From an uncultured virus (IMG/VR IMGVR_UViG_3300025865_000001) (lineage: Duplodnaviria; Heunggongvirae; Uroviricota; Caudoviricetes): a stretch of DNA of 60,635 bases. The DNA is taken from IMG/VR virus record IMGVR_UViG_3300025865_000001, one strand, 5' to 3'. The position numbers and the translations under genes are program-made. The notes beneath the pieces were generated by a model, which was given only the letters and a program-made list of their open reading frames with translations, was not told where the DNA came from and searched no databases. This document shows, in pieces, positions 39,413 to 49,766 of the stretch (positions within the stretch are counted from its first letter, which is position 1; every line of letters starts with the position of its first letter).

Positions 39413-40510
39413 TTAACTTCTTATCTCCATTTTTGTATCGTGTTCAACTTGTTCGACATTGATAATTTCTGCAACATCATCATTTATTAGCCCGAAGATG
39501 CCCTCCGATTCGATTGAACCCATAACGATTTCTTCAAATGTATCACCAAGGGACATGTCATAATCATCACAACTATTATACAAGCGTACTTTCAAAGTAA
39601 CAATCGCGTCATAAGACTTGCCTCTGTTTGCTTTCATTTTTTTCTCCTCCGCCACTCATAAAGAATATAGACAAGAACCATAACAACAATGTAGACTAGC
39701 CCACCAAATGCTATTGCATAAAAAAATCCTAAAGACTCACTCATTTCGTCTCCTTCCATTTGGTAGCTAGTTCGCGCCAGTTCTTTATGCGGAGACTCGG
39801 ATGGTCACGCAGTTTTGTCAAACGCGCCACTTCATAGTGAATCGCCAACCAGTTCCCCGCATATATCAGTCTCTCAATCAGATTGTTGCGTGAGGCAATA
39901 ACAGATTGAAGCCGTATAATTTCTGCAAGGGCTTCTGAATAGAAGAGTTCACCAAATGCATCCCACTTTTCCCAAGCTTCACTTTCATTCAATGTAACAT
40001 TTCCATTACCATTCGCCACTATTTTTGCGCGAGATACAGTCTCCAGGAAACTTCGTTTATCATGGATATAGTCTTGAGTAAATTGGCTATATTTTTCCGT
40101 TGTTTCTGACGATAGTAATGTACTCTTCATTTTACCCTCTCATATCCAGCAAGAATAGCATTTAAGTTATCATTTAATTTTCGCGCTTGGCTAAAATCTT
40201 GCGCTGAATTAAGGGCAAAAATAGCATTGACTAGTTGATTCATCATATTACGTAGAGCAGCATTTTCCTCAGCTATCAATTGAAAAGCCCTCATTACACC
40301 ATCTTTTGCTAATGTTTCATTGGCAAGTTTATTTTGCAATTGTTTAATGTTATCTGTTAAAGGACAAACCATATCCTCATCAGTAATAGCATGGGCGACC
40401 TCTACATCACCATATGTTAGCAAAACTTTATCGCCGACATTATAACCATAAAACATACATAATAAATTCTTTCCTATCCAACGTTTGCAATTTATACAAG
40501 GGTGTGTCAT
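39413..40510 (-). CDS. Three hypothetical proteins (39413..39655, 39741..40130, 40127..40510)
   Basis: ORF track. Confidence 0.65.
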
Positions 40511-41430
40511 TTAGTCTCCATTTTAGTTTGTTCTATTCTTACCTTAGCATTATTATACAGGTATTTTAGACTTAAGTCAAGCCCAATTCCATTTCGCCCC
40601 AACTGAATGGCGGTTGCCACAGTTGTACCAGACCCTACAAATGGGTCAAATACGACGCCACCTTCCGGCGCTCCTGCCAAAATACATGGTTTAATAAGTT
40701 CTGGATTAAAGGTTGCATAATGTGCTCCCTTATATGGCTTCACTGTTACCGTCCAAACATCACGTTTATTTTTTCCTCCATTGGCATAATAATCATGTGC
40801 ACCAGATGAAGTTCTCCCGCCTGGAAATGAATTGTTCCAATCCTCAACACTTTTATTCCTAGGAGGCTGTGGTTTACTTACATAAGGTTCTTTTATAGCA
40901 TCACTATTGTAGTAATATCTACGTGATTTACTTAATAAAAAGATATATTCATGCGACCTTGTACATCTATCTTTTACACTCTCTGGCATCGGGTTTGGCT
41001 TCGCCCAGATAATATCCTGCCTGAGATACCAGCCGTCCACCTGTAGTGCAAACGCAAGCATCCAGGATATTCCAATTAAATCTTTTTCTTTATATCCTTC
41101 TTGGAGTGGTTTATAACCTGACACAATGACACCTTTGCTATTACGTGTCATATTGCCAGCATATTTTTCACCAGCTTGTCGCAGTGAGTGAGCATAAGAA
41201 TCGCCAATATTAACCCACAAAGTTCCGTCGTCTCGTAATACTCTCTTGCACTCACGAAAAACATTGACGAGATTAATGATATATTCATCAGGTGATTGTT
41301 CAAGCCCAATCTCGCCATTGTCAGTACCAATTCCATATTGTCGATGTCCATAGTAAGGAGGACTCGTCACAATTGTATGGACACATTTACTAGCAAGCGG
41401 AATTAATAATGCATTGCCATTGATAACCAT
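40507..41430 (-). CDS. N4/N6 DNA methyltransferase (beta class, SPPY)
   Basis: TSPPYY, IIWAKPNPMPES, DPFVGSGTT. Confidence 0.92.
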   Translation of the reverse strand: MVINGNALLIPLASKCVHTIVTSPPYYGHRQYGIGTDNGEIGLEQSPDEYIINLVNVFRECKRVLRDDGTLWVNIGDSYAHSLRQAGEKYAGNMTRNSKGVIVSGYKPLQEGYKEKDLIGISWMLAFALQVDGWYLRQDIIWAKPNPMPESVKDRCTRSHEYIFLLSKSRRYYYNSDAIKEPYVSKPQPPRNKSVEDWNNSFPGGRTSSGAHDYYANGGKNKRDVWTVTVKPYKGAHYATFNPELIKPCILAGAPEGGVVFDPFVGSGTTVATAIQLGRNGIGLDLSLKYLYNNAKVRIEQTKMETK

Positions 41431-42678
41431 TTATACAGCCAAATCCAACAAACGTTTTTGCTCTTGGGTATATTCAATTCTTCGTTTAGCGATTTCCAGA
41501 TATTCAGCATTATTGTCAATTCCTATAAAATTGCGCCTTTCCAATACAGCTGCGCATCCAGTCGTACCAGACCCCACAAATGGGTCTAGCACCACGCCAC
41601 CCGTCGGTGTTTTAGTTAGACGACATAAATATCGCATCAGGGCAAGAGGTTTAACGGTGGGATGGTGATTCTGCATTAACGTTGCATCTGGATATCCATT
41701 CCCCCTGTTTGCTCGAATGCTCCCATACTCTTGTACCCCTTTTTCTTCCATCCCCTCCAGCCCTGCATTGCGTTCACTCCTACTCGCCTTAGCACAATAA
41801 AAAAAGCGTGCTGCTGAACCATTGCCATCATAACCTCTTGCGCCACGATTCCTTTGAAAAGTTCCGCCCCACGTATTAGCCTCCTCATCACAGACTACTG
41901 GTTTTTCAATATGATTGGTCTTGCTATCTGGAAATAACCCTACGACCTCATCACTCCCATCTAAAATAATATTTGCAGGAAAGCGACCAGAATTGCGAAC
42001 AACGGGTGGGGTATGAAATTCTTTTACGCCCCAGCCTCCGTCTGTCGTGGCAAATCTGTTCGGGTCACCTTCTAATATTCCTTCCACCCGTCCCCCATCA
42101 ATATTGAGACCAGCCACGCCCCACTTGAGTGCATTTTCAGCGAACGTGCCGTCAATCGGTTTCATTGCTATACAGATAAGCTCCATTGCGGGCTTCAATG
42201 CTGTGCCCCACCCGTCCCAGAGTTGGGCGAAATCGGATTGAGGGTTAACTGCTCTAGCAACTTTGCTATGATTGTACCCATTTTTATCGCCCTTAATTCC
42301 ATGCCGCGAGTTCCCCGTTTCTTCTCCGGCAACATAACTTCCTTCTGTTTTATCAATCGCCTTGCTGATATTGTGCGACTTGGGAAATCCCTGTCCATAA
42401 ATCCAAGCTATCGTATCTCTGATTTCCCAGCCAGCATCTTCAATAGCAACCACTAACCGATGAAATGTACGTGTACCACCCATAGCCAATAATATTGCTC
42501 CAGGTTTAGCAACTCTCAACGCTTCTTGCCAGAATGCAACACCTGGTACACCCTTATCCCAATCCTTGCCCATGAACTTTAGTCCATATGGCGGGTCAGT
42601 AATAATAGAGTCTACCGAATTCTCCGATAATGTTGTCATCACTTCAAGACAATCGCCAAGTAGCAAATCAACAGTCAT
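41431..42678 (-). CDS. N6/N4 DNA methyltransferase (beta class, DPPY)
   Basis: TDPPYG, HPTVKP, DPFVGSGTT. Confidence 0.92.
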   Translation of the reverse strand: MTVDLLLGDCLEVMTTLSENSVDSIITDPPYGLKFMGKDWDKGVPGVAFWQEALRVAKPGAILLAMGGTRTFHRLVVAIEDAGWEIRDTIAWIYGQGFPKSHNISKAIDKTEGSYVAGEETGNSRHGIKGDKNGYNHSKVARAVNPQSDFAQLWDGWGTALKPAMELICIAMKPIDGTFAENALKWGVAGLNIDGGRVEGILEGDPNRFATTDGGWGVKEFHTPPVVRNSGRFPANIILDGSDEVVGLFPDSKTNHIEKPVVCDEEANTWGGTFQRNRGARGYDGNGSAARFFYCAKASRSERNAGLEGMEEKGVQEYGSIRANRGNGYPDATLMQNHHPTVKPLALMRYLCRLTKTPTGGVVLDPFVGSGTTGCAAVLERRNFIGIDNNAEYLEIAKRRIEYTQEQKRLLDLAV

Positions 42679-42944
42679 TATGCTTTCTCAACACTGGTAT
42701 TATCGACTGATTTATTATCAACCTGTTGTTTATAGATTTGATAACAGAACCAAAGATGTCCGATTTGTAACATTGTCCACATACTTTCTGAAAACTTTTC
42801 ATCACTAATCGATTGAATAAGACTTCCCTTAGCCCAATCGACAAATTTTGGATATGGCAAATCTAATATCTCTGTGGGATAGCCAATAGGATTTACACTA
42901 AAACTTTTATCATCTTTTTGTACATCTAATGTAATCTTAGTCAT
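42678..42944 (-). CDS. Hypothetical protein
   Basis: 88-aa ORF. Confidence 0.6.
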   Translation of the reverse strand: MTKITLDVQKDDKSFSVNPIGYPTEILDLPYPKFVDWAKGSLIQSISDEKFSESMWTMLQIGHLWFCYQIYKQQVDNKSVDNTSVEKA

Positions 42945-43538
42945 TTATTCCACCGATGTTTTAATATTATCTAAGTCGCTCGCATTAACAGTTCCAGTAG
43001 TTCGATAACTTGATGTCATACTGCTGATAGTCTCATAAGTGCTTTTGTAACCAGCTCCAGTGTTGGCTTGATTAGCAATCATAGAAATTCCAAGAGATTT
43101 CCCAACCTGGAAACTGTCCATATTGGCACCAACAAAAATAAACTTCCAGCCTAGTTTTTCCTTTTGCTTAATTAATTGAAAAACCTCTTCCCTTGTGCAT
43201 TCTTTACTGGCATTTTCTAATCCATCCGTATTGATGAACACAATAACATTATCTTTTTTCTTGGCTTTCAAACAACTAACGGCATGACTCATAGCATCGA
43301 GCAAAGCCGTAGTTCCTCTAGCAAAATAAACCTTATTGTCAATATGGTTGGCAACTTGAATATCTACATCCGAATATTGTTCGATATATTCATCATCAAA
43401 CAAAACTAACGTAATATTCGCCTTATCGGTGAGTTTTTTTTGCTCATCTAAAAAGTGATTGAAGCCTCCGATAACATCATCTGTAAAAGATTGCATTGAC
43501 CCACTTCTGTCTAGAATACATAAAATTTTGGTTTTCAT
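42945..43538 (-). CDS. vWA domain protein
   Basis: LDRSGSM MIDAS, GTTALLDA, TDGLENAS. Confidence 0.9.
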   Translation of the reverse strand: MKTKILCILDRSGSMQSFTDDVIGGFNHFLDEQKKLTDKANITLVLFDDEYIEQYSDVDIQVANHIDNKVYFARGTTALLDAMSHAVSCLKAKKKDNVIVFINTDGLENASKECTREEVFQLIKQKEKLGWKFIFVGANMDSFQVGKSLGISMIANQANTGAGYKSTYETISSMTSSYRTTGTVNASDLDNIKTSVE

Positions 43539-43594
43539 AATTCTCCTTTGGTTTAATATATAAATATTATCATAAAATTATTCTTTTATCAACA

Positions 43595-43858
43595 TTATTT
43601 AATAGCAAGAAACACCCTAACTTCTTCTGTTATACCTTTTTCTGTATGTGTGACGTTGATGTAGCCCTCACCGCTTCGAACTTTTTTGCTATCCAGTTTG
43701 ATTACATTTTTTGACATTTTTATATCAAGTTCGCTGTGGTCAAAAGTAAAAGTACAATCACCACTGATTTCTTTTTGGTTATTATCAAAACATATAATTT
43801 GCAGTGTTTGTGGCGAACTACTTTTATATAAAGTAAGGTAACGTGACATAACGTCCAT
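43595..43858 (-). CDS. Hypothetical protein
   Basis: 87-aa ORF with RBS. Confidence 0.6.
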   Translation of the reverse strand: MDVMSRYLTLYKSSSPQTLQIICFDNNQKEISGDCTFTFDHSELDIKMSKNVIKLDSKKVRSGEGYINVTHTEKGITEEVRVFLAIK

Positions 43859-43867
43859 ATAAATCTC

Positions 43868-44899
43868 CTAGTTTAAATCTTTGATAGAATTTTTACCTGC
43901 TAAAATAAATTCTCCATGACTACGCATCTCGTCAAGATTCTTTGCATTTAAATATGTTCCAGCAGATTTAATACCCCAAGAAAACTCATCAACAAACTGT
44001 TTTAATGACATTGTTTTTTCTATATCTTTAGAAAAACCCTCAACTGATTTAATCTGTGTATGTTTAAATTCCATCAACTCCCTGCTAGCCATGCCATAAA
44101 CTTTATTATCATTAGGACTTTCAAAAGTTTGCGCAAATAGACTACCCGCCATGCATAAATCACTACCAGCCACGATGGACTTTACAAAGTCTCCACTATT
44201 TTTAATTCCACCATCGGAAACAATAAACACATCAATATTTTCTGTTTCTAATAGTGCTGTTATTTGTGGAACACCAATCCCCGTAACATTTCTAGTACTA
44301 CAAAGACCTCCACCGCCAATGCCAATGCGAATCATATCAACGCCGTTGTTATACAATGCCATCGCACCTTCATATGTTGCCACGTTGCCAGCCATCAACA
44401 AGGTGTCTAGGTTATTTTGATTAATGTATTTGCTAAGTTTGTCACATACATAGAGCAAAGTAGACGTATAACCATTTGCAACATCAACTAAAAAGATTGT
44501 TGGGTTCATATCGAGCATAGAGTAAGTGCGTTTTGGAGATTCGGATAGCCCAACTGATAACCCATATCTCTGAGCCTTAGAGATTATGCTTACTTCGTTA
44601 TCCCATTCCGCCTCGGTGTTATAGAACCGGTGCAGGATACCCAAGCCACCCATTTCAGCAAGCATTACTGAAAAGTTTGCATCAACTATATTGCGCATCG
44701 GGCTGGCAATCAATGGAAAATCTAATTTGCATTTATCTGTTAAAGTAACAGAAATATCAACTTCTTCCCTAGATTTTATATCTGACGGTATTGGTTTAAT
44801 TAAAACGTCATCAAACTCTAGTCCTTGTGGTGTACTATAAAGAGTTTCTTGTTGAAAAAACGTTTGTTCGGGTGTACTGCACCAGCCTGGCATATCCAT
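43868..44899 (-). CDS. IMP dehydrogenase / GMP reductase family protein without CBS domains
   Basis: FDDVLI, GLGILHR, DVANG, AGNVAT, GIGGGGLCSTR, SDGGI, YGMAS. Confidence 0.88.
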   Translation of the reverse strand: MDMPGWCSTPEQTFFQQETLYSTPQGLEFDDVLIKPIPSDIKSREEVDISVTLTDKCKLDFPLIASPMRNIVDANFSVMLAEMGGLGILHRFYNTEAEWDNEVSIISKAQRYGLSVGLSESPKRTYSMLDMNPTIFLVDVANGYTSTLLYVCDKLSKYINQNNLDTLLMAGNVATYEGAMALYNNGVDMIRIGIGGGGLCSTRNVTGIGVPQITALLETENIDVFIVSDGGIKNSGDFVKSIVAGSDLCMAGSLFAQTFESPNDNKVYGMASRELMEFKHTQIKSVEGFSKDIEKTMSLKQFVDEFSWGIKSAGTYLNAKNLDEMRSHGEFILAGKNSIKDLN

Positions 44900-44906
44900 A
44901 GTTCTC

Positions 44907-45158
44907 CTAATCTGTCTTTGGTGTAAATATATCTAATTTATCATTTAGTCTTTCGTTTTCTACACGTAGACTTATGACTTGACTAATGGCTGGGCTAATA
45001 AAGTTTTTTATATCTTCTTTAATAGCTTTTATTTCGTTATGCACACGTATATCATCAGGATTATATGATGATGATTTTTTCACTGCGGATATTAAATTAT
45101 TGAGCATGTGGTCTAACTCATCCATATATTGTGGAGAACCGATTCTATTCATTTTCAC
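44907..45158 (-). CDS. Hypothetical coiled-coil protein
   Basis: 83-aa ORF. Confidence 0.55.
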   Translation of the reverse strand: MKMNRIGSPQYMDELDHMLNNLISAVKKSSSYNPDDIRVHNEIKAIKEDIKNFISPAISQVISLRVENERLNDKLDIFTPKTD

Positions 45159-45735
45159 CTTTCAATGTCTTCAAATATTGTTCCTCAGCTACTACAAATG
45201 CTTCGGTGTTATTGTATCCACAACTTCTGGGTTCTGGGCATATACCGCCTCTGTAAACACAAGTCGGCACACAGAATGAAACAATTTCTGGATTAACTTT
45301 AGCCAATTCGTTCAAGAAAAAATTCCAGGCATATGTAGTTTCTTTACTCGCCTTATTACACAATCTCACTTTTGAAATATTGATAATTGCCTGTACATTT
45401 GCTCTACAAGCATGTAGAACAGGATAACTTTGTGGGGCATAATTCCTATCATATTTAGGTTGCCTATCATTACGTTGTGATTGTACAAAATGCTCTATCC
45501 CAATCTTATGTCTTACAAAATGGGTAGATACCCATGAGGGTAAATTATACCACCTCCAAATAACTTCTAATGTTCTTATGGGAGAATGCTCTGACTTTAA
45601 AATCATATTCTTCCATTGGGGAGTCATAGTTCTTACTTCATTATTACCCATCGTTGTCAAAGCAAGTAACTTTGTTATAGCCCAATCACTCTCTGTCGGA
45701 CTTTTTATAATCTCTACTTCTAAATTTTTAAGCAT
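45145..45735 (-). CDS. thyX: Flavin-dependent thymidylate synthase
   Basis: EHSPIR, THFVRH...QSQR, RLC, C-terminal CxxxxxxCPExxSCG. Confidence 0.8.
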   Translation of the reverse strand: MLKNLEVEIIKSPTESDWAITKLLALTTMGNNEVRTMTPQWKNMILKSEHSPIRTLEVIWRWYNLPSWVSTHFVRHKIGIEHFVQSQRNDRQPKYDRNYAPQSYPVLHACRANVQAIINISKVRLCNKASKETTYAWNFFLNELAKVNPEIVSFCVPTCVYRGGICPEPRSCGYNNTEAFVVAEEQYLKTLKGENE

Positions 45736-45737
45736 AA

Positions 45738-46355
45738 TTATAAACCCTTCGTGGTGAAACTAGTTGGTGGTATCCAACCAATTGCTGGCTCTCCATGATG
45801 CCGACCCCTTTCCCAAATAAACCACGCAAATGCCGTTACACCACCTTTGTACCTATCAAAATCACCATCTTTGGCACAAGCCAAACGCTGAGAATATACC
45901 CAAACTTTTTTCATTGGATGTTCCCGAAAGAAGTTGTAACGTGATTGTCCTTCCAAAAAGCGAATGTTAAGGAGCATAGCACACTTATTATGCATCAAAC
46001 GAATTGCTTGTTCGCAGAATTCCAAAGCATATTTATACGGAGGATTAGTAATAATATCATATTCGTCATCAAATTCTAGTGCTTCTGATGATAAAAAATT
46101 TAATATAGCCATATCGCTTGTTCTTTGTATAATATCGGTTTTAAAAACTTTTTTGCCAATTCGTTCCTCTAATCTGTTGGCTAAATGATTTTCTCCAGCA
46201 GCACATTCCCATATAAACTCACCGAATGTCTCTACTTTCAATAAATCATCAATCGCTTGGGGAGAGGTAGCATAAAAATCATCCTCCTGCCTAAGTTCTG
46301 GTTTATGATTGCTTGCACCAATAGCCCTATATACCCAACTATCTTTCATATTCAT
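45738..46355 (-). CDS. Small DNA adenine methyltransferase (NPPY)
   Basis: DDFYATS, WECAAG, IITNPPY, AWFIW. Confidence 0.85.
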   Translation of the reverse strand: MNMKDSWVYRAIGASNHKPELRQEDDFYATSPQAIDDLLKVETFGEFIWECAAGENHLANRLEERIGKKVFKTDIIQRTSDMAILNFLSSEALEFDDEYDIITNPPYKYALEFCEQAIRLMHNKCAMLLNIRFLEGQSRYNFFREHPMKKVWVYSQRLACAKDGDFDRYKGGVTAFAWFIWERGRHHGEPAIGWIPPTSFTTKGL

Positions 46356-46579
46356 CTTTCTCTTTTAAGGCACAACACTAAATAACAAAAGCATAGCTGA
46401 AACAAAAGCGACGATACAACTAAAGAGTATCATTAAACGATATAGCATATTTTGTTTATCATTATTCCATCTATGTTCCATACTATACGCACAAAAGTAC
46501 ATAAAACATATAGAAAGAATAAGAACTATAAAGTATAAATATTTCAATTTTACCTCAATGTTAATTAAATTTTTGTCAG

Positions 46580-46652
46580 TGCCTTCTAAAGGACTTGCGC
46601 CTTTATTTTCACCTTGAAAGGATGCTTTCCTAACTCTTTAGAAGAAGAAGGC
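46580..46652 (-). tRNA. Isolated, divergent tRNA-Glu(TTC)
   Basis: GCCTTCT/AGAAGGC, loop CT-TTC-AA, AAAGG-CGCAAGT-CCTTT; own promoter. Confidence 0.6.
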
Positions 46653-46672
46653 TTGTGTGCTATTACTTATTT

Positions 46673-46701
46673 AGTATAGCACATTTCAATTTATATGTCA
46701 A
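46673..46701 (-). promoter_or_regulatory. Promoter of the isolated tRNA
   Basis: TTGACA-N17-TATACT with TG. Confidence 0.8.
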
Positions 46702-46904
46702 GGGTCAGATTTTTATTAGATTTAAAATATGATGTGTCGGGAAATTTCTTTGGTTCGTCATCAATAACCTCACTATTCAAACTTATAATGCCCGATATAA
46801 GTTTTGAAACTTTATCAGAAATTTCTTGATTTTTCACCTTATCATCAGATTGAGATATGTTCTTTAAGTCAATCAATTCCTTAATAATGGTTTCTTTATC
46901 CATC

Positions 46905-47495
46905 TTACCTTTCAGTTGTTACATCAAAATTGACTTCAAACATTTTTCTGCTGGCAATGTAGTCCACTATGTGAATAAGTTTTTGATATTCTGTTATTGG
47001 GCGTGGGGCAAATTCTTTGCCACTGCGTTTATCAAAATTCCAATACCCCATATGACTTGAAATAACAGATAGAATTACATCCTCTTGTTCTTCTGTAATA
47101 AGATTTTTAAGCGATGCATTACTTTTCAATTCATTGACCGCAATCATAGGATGGTCTTGAACCGTATAAGTTTGCAAATGTACACCCGATTTCCAACCAT
47201 CATGCAAAATAAATGCTGTGATTAGTAAGTCTTTATCATCTTCAGGGATATCCTGATACCAGCCAACTCTAAACATTTCAAGTAGTAACATAACACCAGC
47301 TTTGACATGCCTGACCAAACCCCCTTGTCCAAGAGCATAATTTGGATGGTATTTACCAGTACTTGATGCCGGAATAACAAAAAAATAATCCGGCATACTT
47401 TCAACTGCCATAGTGGCATATAGTTTAACTTGGGGATTGCGTATGTATTCCAGTTCCTTCTCGAAAACCTTAATTTTATCCATTACTTGCGACAT
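46905..47495 (-). CDS. HD-domain phosphohydrolase
   Basis: PASSTGKYHP, GGLVRH, LHDGWK, SHMG, VDYIASR. Confidence 0.85.
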   Translation of the reverse strand: MSQVMDKIKVFEKELEYIRNPQVKLYATMAVESMPDYFFVIPASSTGKYHPNYALGQGGLVRHVKAGVMLLLEMFRVGWYQDIPEDDKDLLITAFILHDGWKSGVHLQTYTVQDHPMIAVNELKSNASLKNLITEEQEDVILSVISSHMGYWNFDKRSGKEFAPRPITEYQKLIHIVDYIASRKMFEVNFDVTTER

Positions 47496-47501
47496 TTTAT
47501 C

Positions 47502-48377
47502 CTATAAAATAGATTGTTGATTAGTCATAGCGGTATCTAATACGTGGCTACGAAGATGTGCGTACCTTTTAGTAGTATCAATACTGCTGTGCCCCAAAGC
47601 TTGTTGAGCCACATAAATATCGGTATTTACCTCTAAAAGATTAGCTGTAAACGTATGACGCAATGAGTGCGTATGAATTTCTTCAATACGCTCCGCAGAA
47701 AAGCCAGCCCTTACCATTGCGGTCTTAACTCTCATACGAATAGCCTCACCAGAATATTTGGTAAGGTTCTTTGATATAAATAAATATGGAAGCCCTGATG
47801 CTTGTGCTCTTTTTTCTCTGTTTTTTAGTTGTGCAGATAAAAACATAGTGGCATCAGGATGAATAGCTAAAATACGTTGTTTATTGCCTTTACCATTAAT
47901 TTTGATGCGCATATTATCCATGACATCCGATAACTTAATGTTGATAAGCTCTGACCTGCGTAAGCCCATAGTTAGTAGTAGCAAAAGCATTAACTTATCT
48001 TCTGCATTTTTAGAATGAGCAACCAGTTCAATCATCTCGTTTCTTGATAAGTAGGCTTGGATGGTACTCGATTCCTCTACCTTCTCAGCAAAATCAAATG
48101 GATTAATGGTCAAATATTGTTTACGTTTCAGCCAGTTATACATAGCTTTGATTGGTCTCAGATAAGTATTGACTGATGTTGGTTTCATTTGCTTTTGAAG
48201 ATTGATTTGAAACATGTCGGCATTGAGAACGGTAACAGATTTTAACCCTTCGAAACTATCAATAGCCAAAAAATCACAGAGCATTTTGATTGCCCTTTTA
48301 TATAATGTTTGTGTACAAGGACTTTTAGTATTTAATGTTGAAAAATAAACATCTAATTCAGTAATTTTGTTTTCCAT
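47502..48377 (-). CDS. Tyrosine recombinase (XerC/D-like)
   Basis: GLRRSE (R), GKGNK (K), HSLRH, LGH, TTKRY; core-binding domain, no arm-binding extension. Confidence 0.95.
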   Translation of the reverse strand: MENKITELDVYFSTLNTKSPCTQTLYKRAIKMLCDFLAIDSFEGLKSVTVLNADMFQINLQKQMKPTSVNTYLRPIKAMYNWLKRKQYLTINPFDFAEKVEESSTIQAYLSRNEMIELVAHSKNAEDKLMLLLLLTMGLRRSELINIKLSDVMDNMRIKINGKGNKQRILAIHPDATMFLSAQLKNREKRAQASGLPYLFISKNLTKYSGEAIRMRVKTAMVRAGFSAERIEEIHTHSLRHTFTANLLEVNTDIYVAQQALGHSSIDTTKRYAHLRSHVLDTAMTNQQSIL

Positions 48378-48404
48378 TTCAACTCCTTTTCTTAGTATAC
48401 AATC

Positions 48405-48433
48405 ATTATATCATATGCCAATATAAATGTCAA
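48405..48433 (-). promoter_or_regulatory. Consensus promoter of the recombinase
   Basis: TTGACA-N17-TATAAT with TG. Confidence 0.88.
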
Positions 48434-48454
48434 TAGCATAATTGGAAACTATTT

Positions 48455-48688
48455 CTAATTTTCTACTCTCATATAGGGTGAAATTATTTCAAATAAACAG
48501 CGCTGACACAAGTCGCATGTTATATGTCGCATATCCCCAAAGACTGAACCATAACCTCCTACAAAGTCTATCGTTAAAAATTCTTGTATTTCCAATACAT
48601 CGTCATTATTATACTCGTGCCCACAACAATCGCAAATAATAGACTTTTTTACGTTAAGAACTTTTTTTACTTTTTTATATTTTATCAT
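48455..48688 (-). CDS. Small Zn-finger hypothetical protein
   Basis: CDCCG...GGYGSVFGD...DLCQRC. Confidence 0.7.
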   Translation of the reverse strand: MIKYKKVKKVLNVKKSIICDCCGHEYNNDDVLEIQEFLTIDFVGGYGSVFGDMRHITCDLCQRCLFEIISPYMRVEN

Positions 48689-48692
48689 TTTT

Positions 48693-49574
48693 TTATCCTA
48701 TCTCCAAATAAAGGACGGCTTTCATTTCGGCTTTCTTTTTTGCCCACCGTAGGCTAGCGCTTTCACGAATCTTGCGCCTTGTTTCTTCAGGCGGATGTTT
48801 GCCAAAGTTGGGGTTTAGTTCACCTTTGTTTGCCTCAGACATTTTTGCACGAGTTTCGGTTGAGCGGTGCATACCAGTCAAAACTTTCGACAGTTTTGCG
48901 CGGGTTTCTTCGGATATTGGTGGTCTATTTTTCGCTGACTCACTCATTTTTGCACGAGTTTCTGCCGTGCGCGGTGGTCTATTTTGCTGTGACGTGGACA
49001 TCTTTGCTAATGTTTCGACTGAACACTTATGTCCAAGACTTTTTGTATTACCCCTTTGTGCCTCGCTCAACTTCGCACGAGTTGATTCTGATGGGTGTAT
49101 ACCTATTTGTGCAATGCTAATTTTTGCGCGAGTCTCGGTAGACAGATGCTTGCCAAAATTGTAACAAAGTTCACCTTTTTTTGCCTCGCTCATTTTTGAG
49201 CGGGTTTCGGTTGTGTGATACTGACCCTTATGAGATTCGCTCATCTTGCTTTTGGATTCGTCAGAGAAATATCTGCCTTGCATTGGAGCTTTGGCATCTG
49301 TTGCAATATTGTATGCGGGTTTTAGTAACTTGATAAACCCATCTTCAAAGTACAATTTATGCTCTCTGTCACACAATAATATAATACTAAACTCAAATGC
49401 TTGCTCCCCATACTTATTCCAAGCATTTTGCAAATGTGTGTTGCCGTGTATATTTTTACGCAACTCGCAGCGATGACGACTCCATCGGCTGTGTACATTG
49501 ACCGAACCCCCAAGATAATAATCTCTAGTAATAATATTCAGAATCTTGTATATCCCACAAAGTTTAGCAATCAT
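48693..49574 (-). CDS. GIY-YIG homing endonuclease with many NUMOD3 repeats
   Basis: GIYKI...YLGGS; repeated ETRAKMSE. Confidence 0.9.
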   Translation of the reverse strand: MIAKLCGIYKILNIITRDYYLGGSVNVHSRWSRHRCELRKNIHGNTHLQNAWNKYGEQAFEFSIILLCDREHKLYFEDGFIKLLKPAYNIATDAKAPMQGRYFSDESKSKMSESHKGQYHTTETRSKMSEAKKGELCYNFGKHLSTETRAKISIAQIGIHPSESTRAKLSEAQRGNTKSLGHKCSVETLAKMSTSQQNRPPRTAETRAKMSESAKNRPPISEETRAKLSKVLTGMHRSTETRAKMSEANKGELNPNFGKHPPEETRRKIRESASLRWAKKKAEMKAVLYLEIG

Positions 49575-49677
49575 TTTGCACCCTCTCAATGAAAAAGAGA
49601 GTATCCTTCATTGGTGGATGAAAGTATACTCTCTATTTTCTGATTTATTTGGATGACCACCATCATCTATAAAGCAA

Positions 49678-49706
49678 ATTGTAGCACACTCTCGTTGTTT
49701 TGTCAA
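49678..49706 (-). promoter_or_regulatory. Sigma70-type promoter
   Basis: TTGACA-N17-TACAAT with TG. Confidence 0.8.
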
Positions 49707-49766
49707 GCTTTTTTATATTAACGTTTTGTTAACATTTATGATTCACCTTTTACCACAAGGGCAAGT

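Larger units (their letters stand above)
37861..40519 (-). repeat. GGAGACNAAATGA junction repeat, five copies
   Basis: At 37861, 38279, 38485, 39741, 40507; encodes E-T-K-stop and overlaps the RBS/start of the next gene. Confidence 0.8.
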
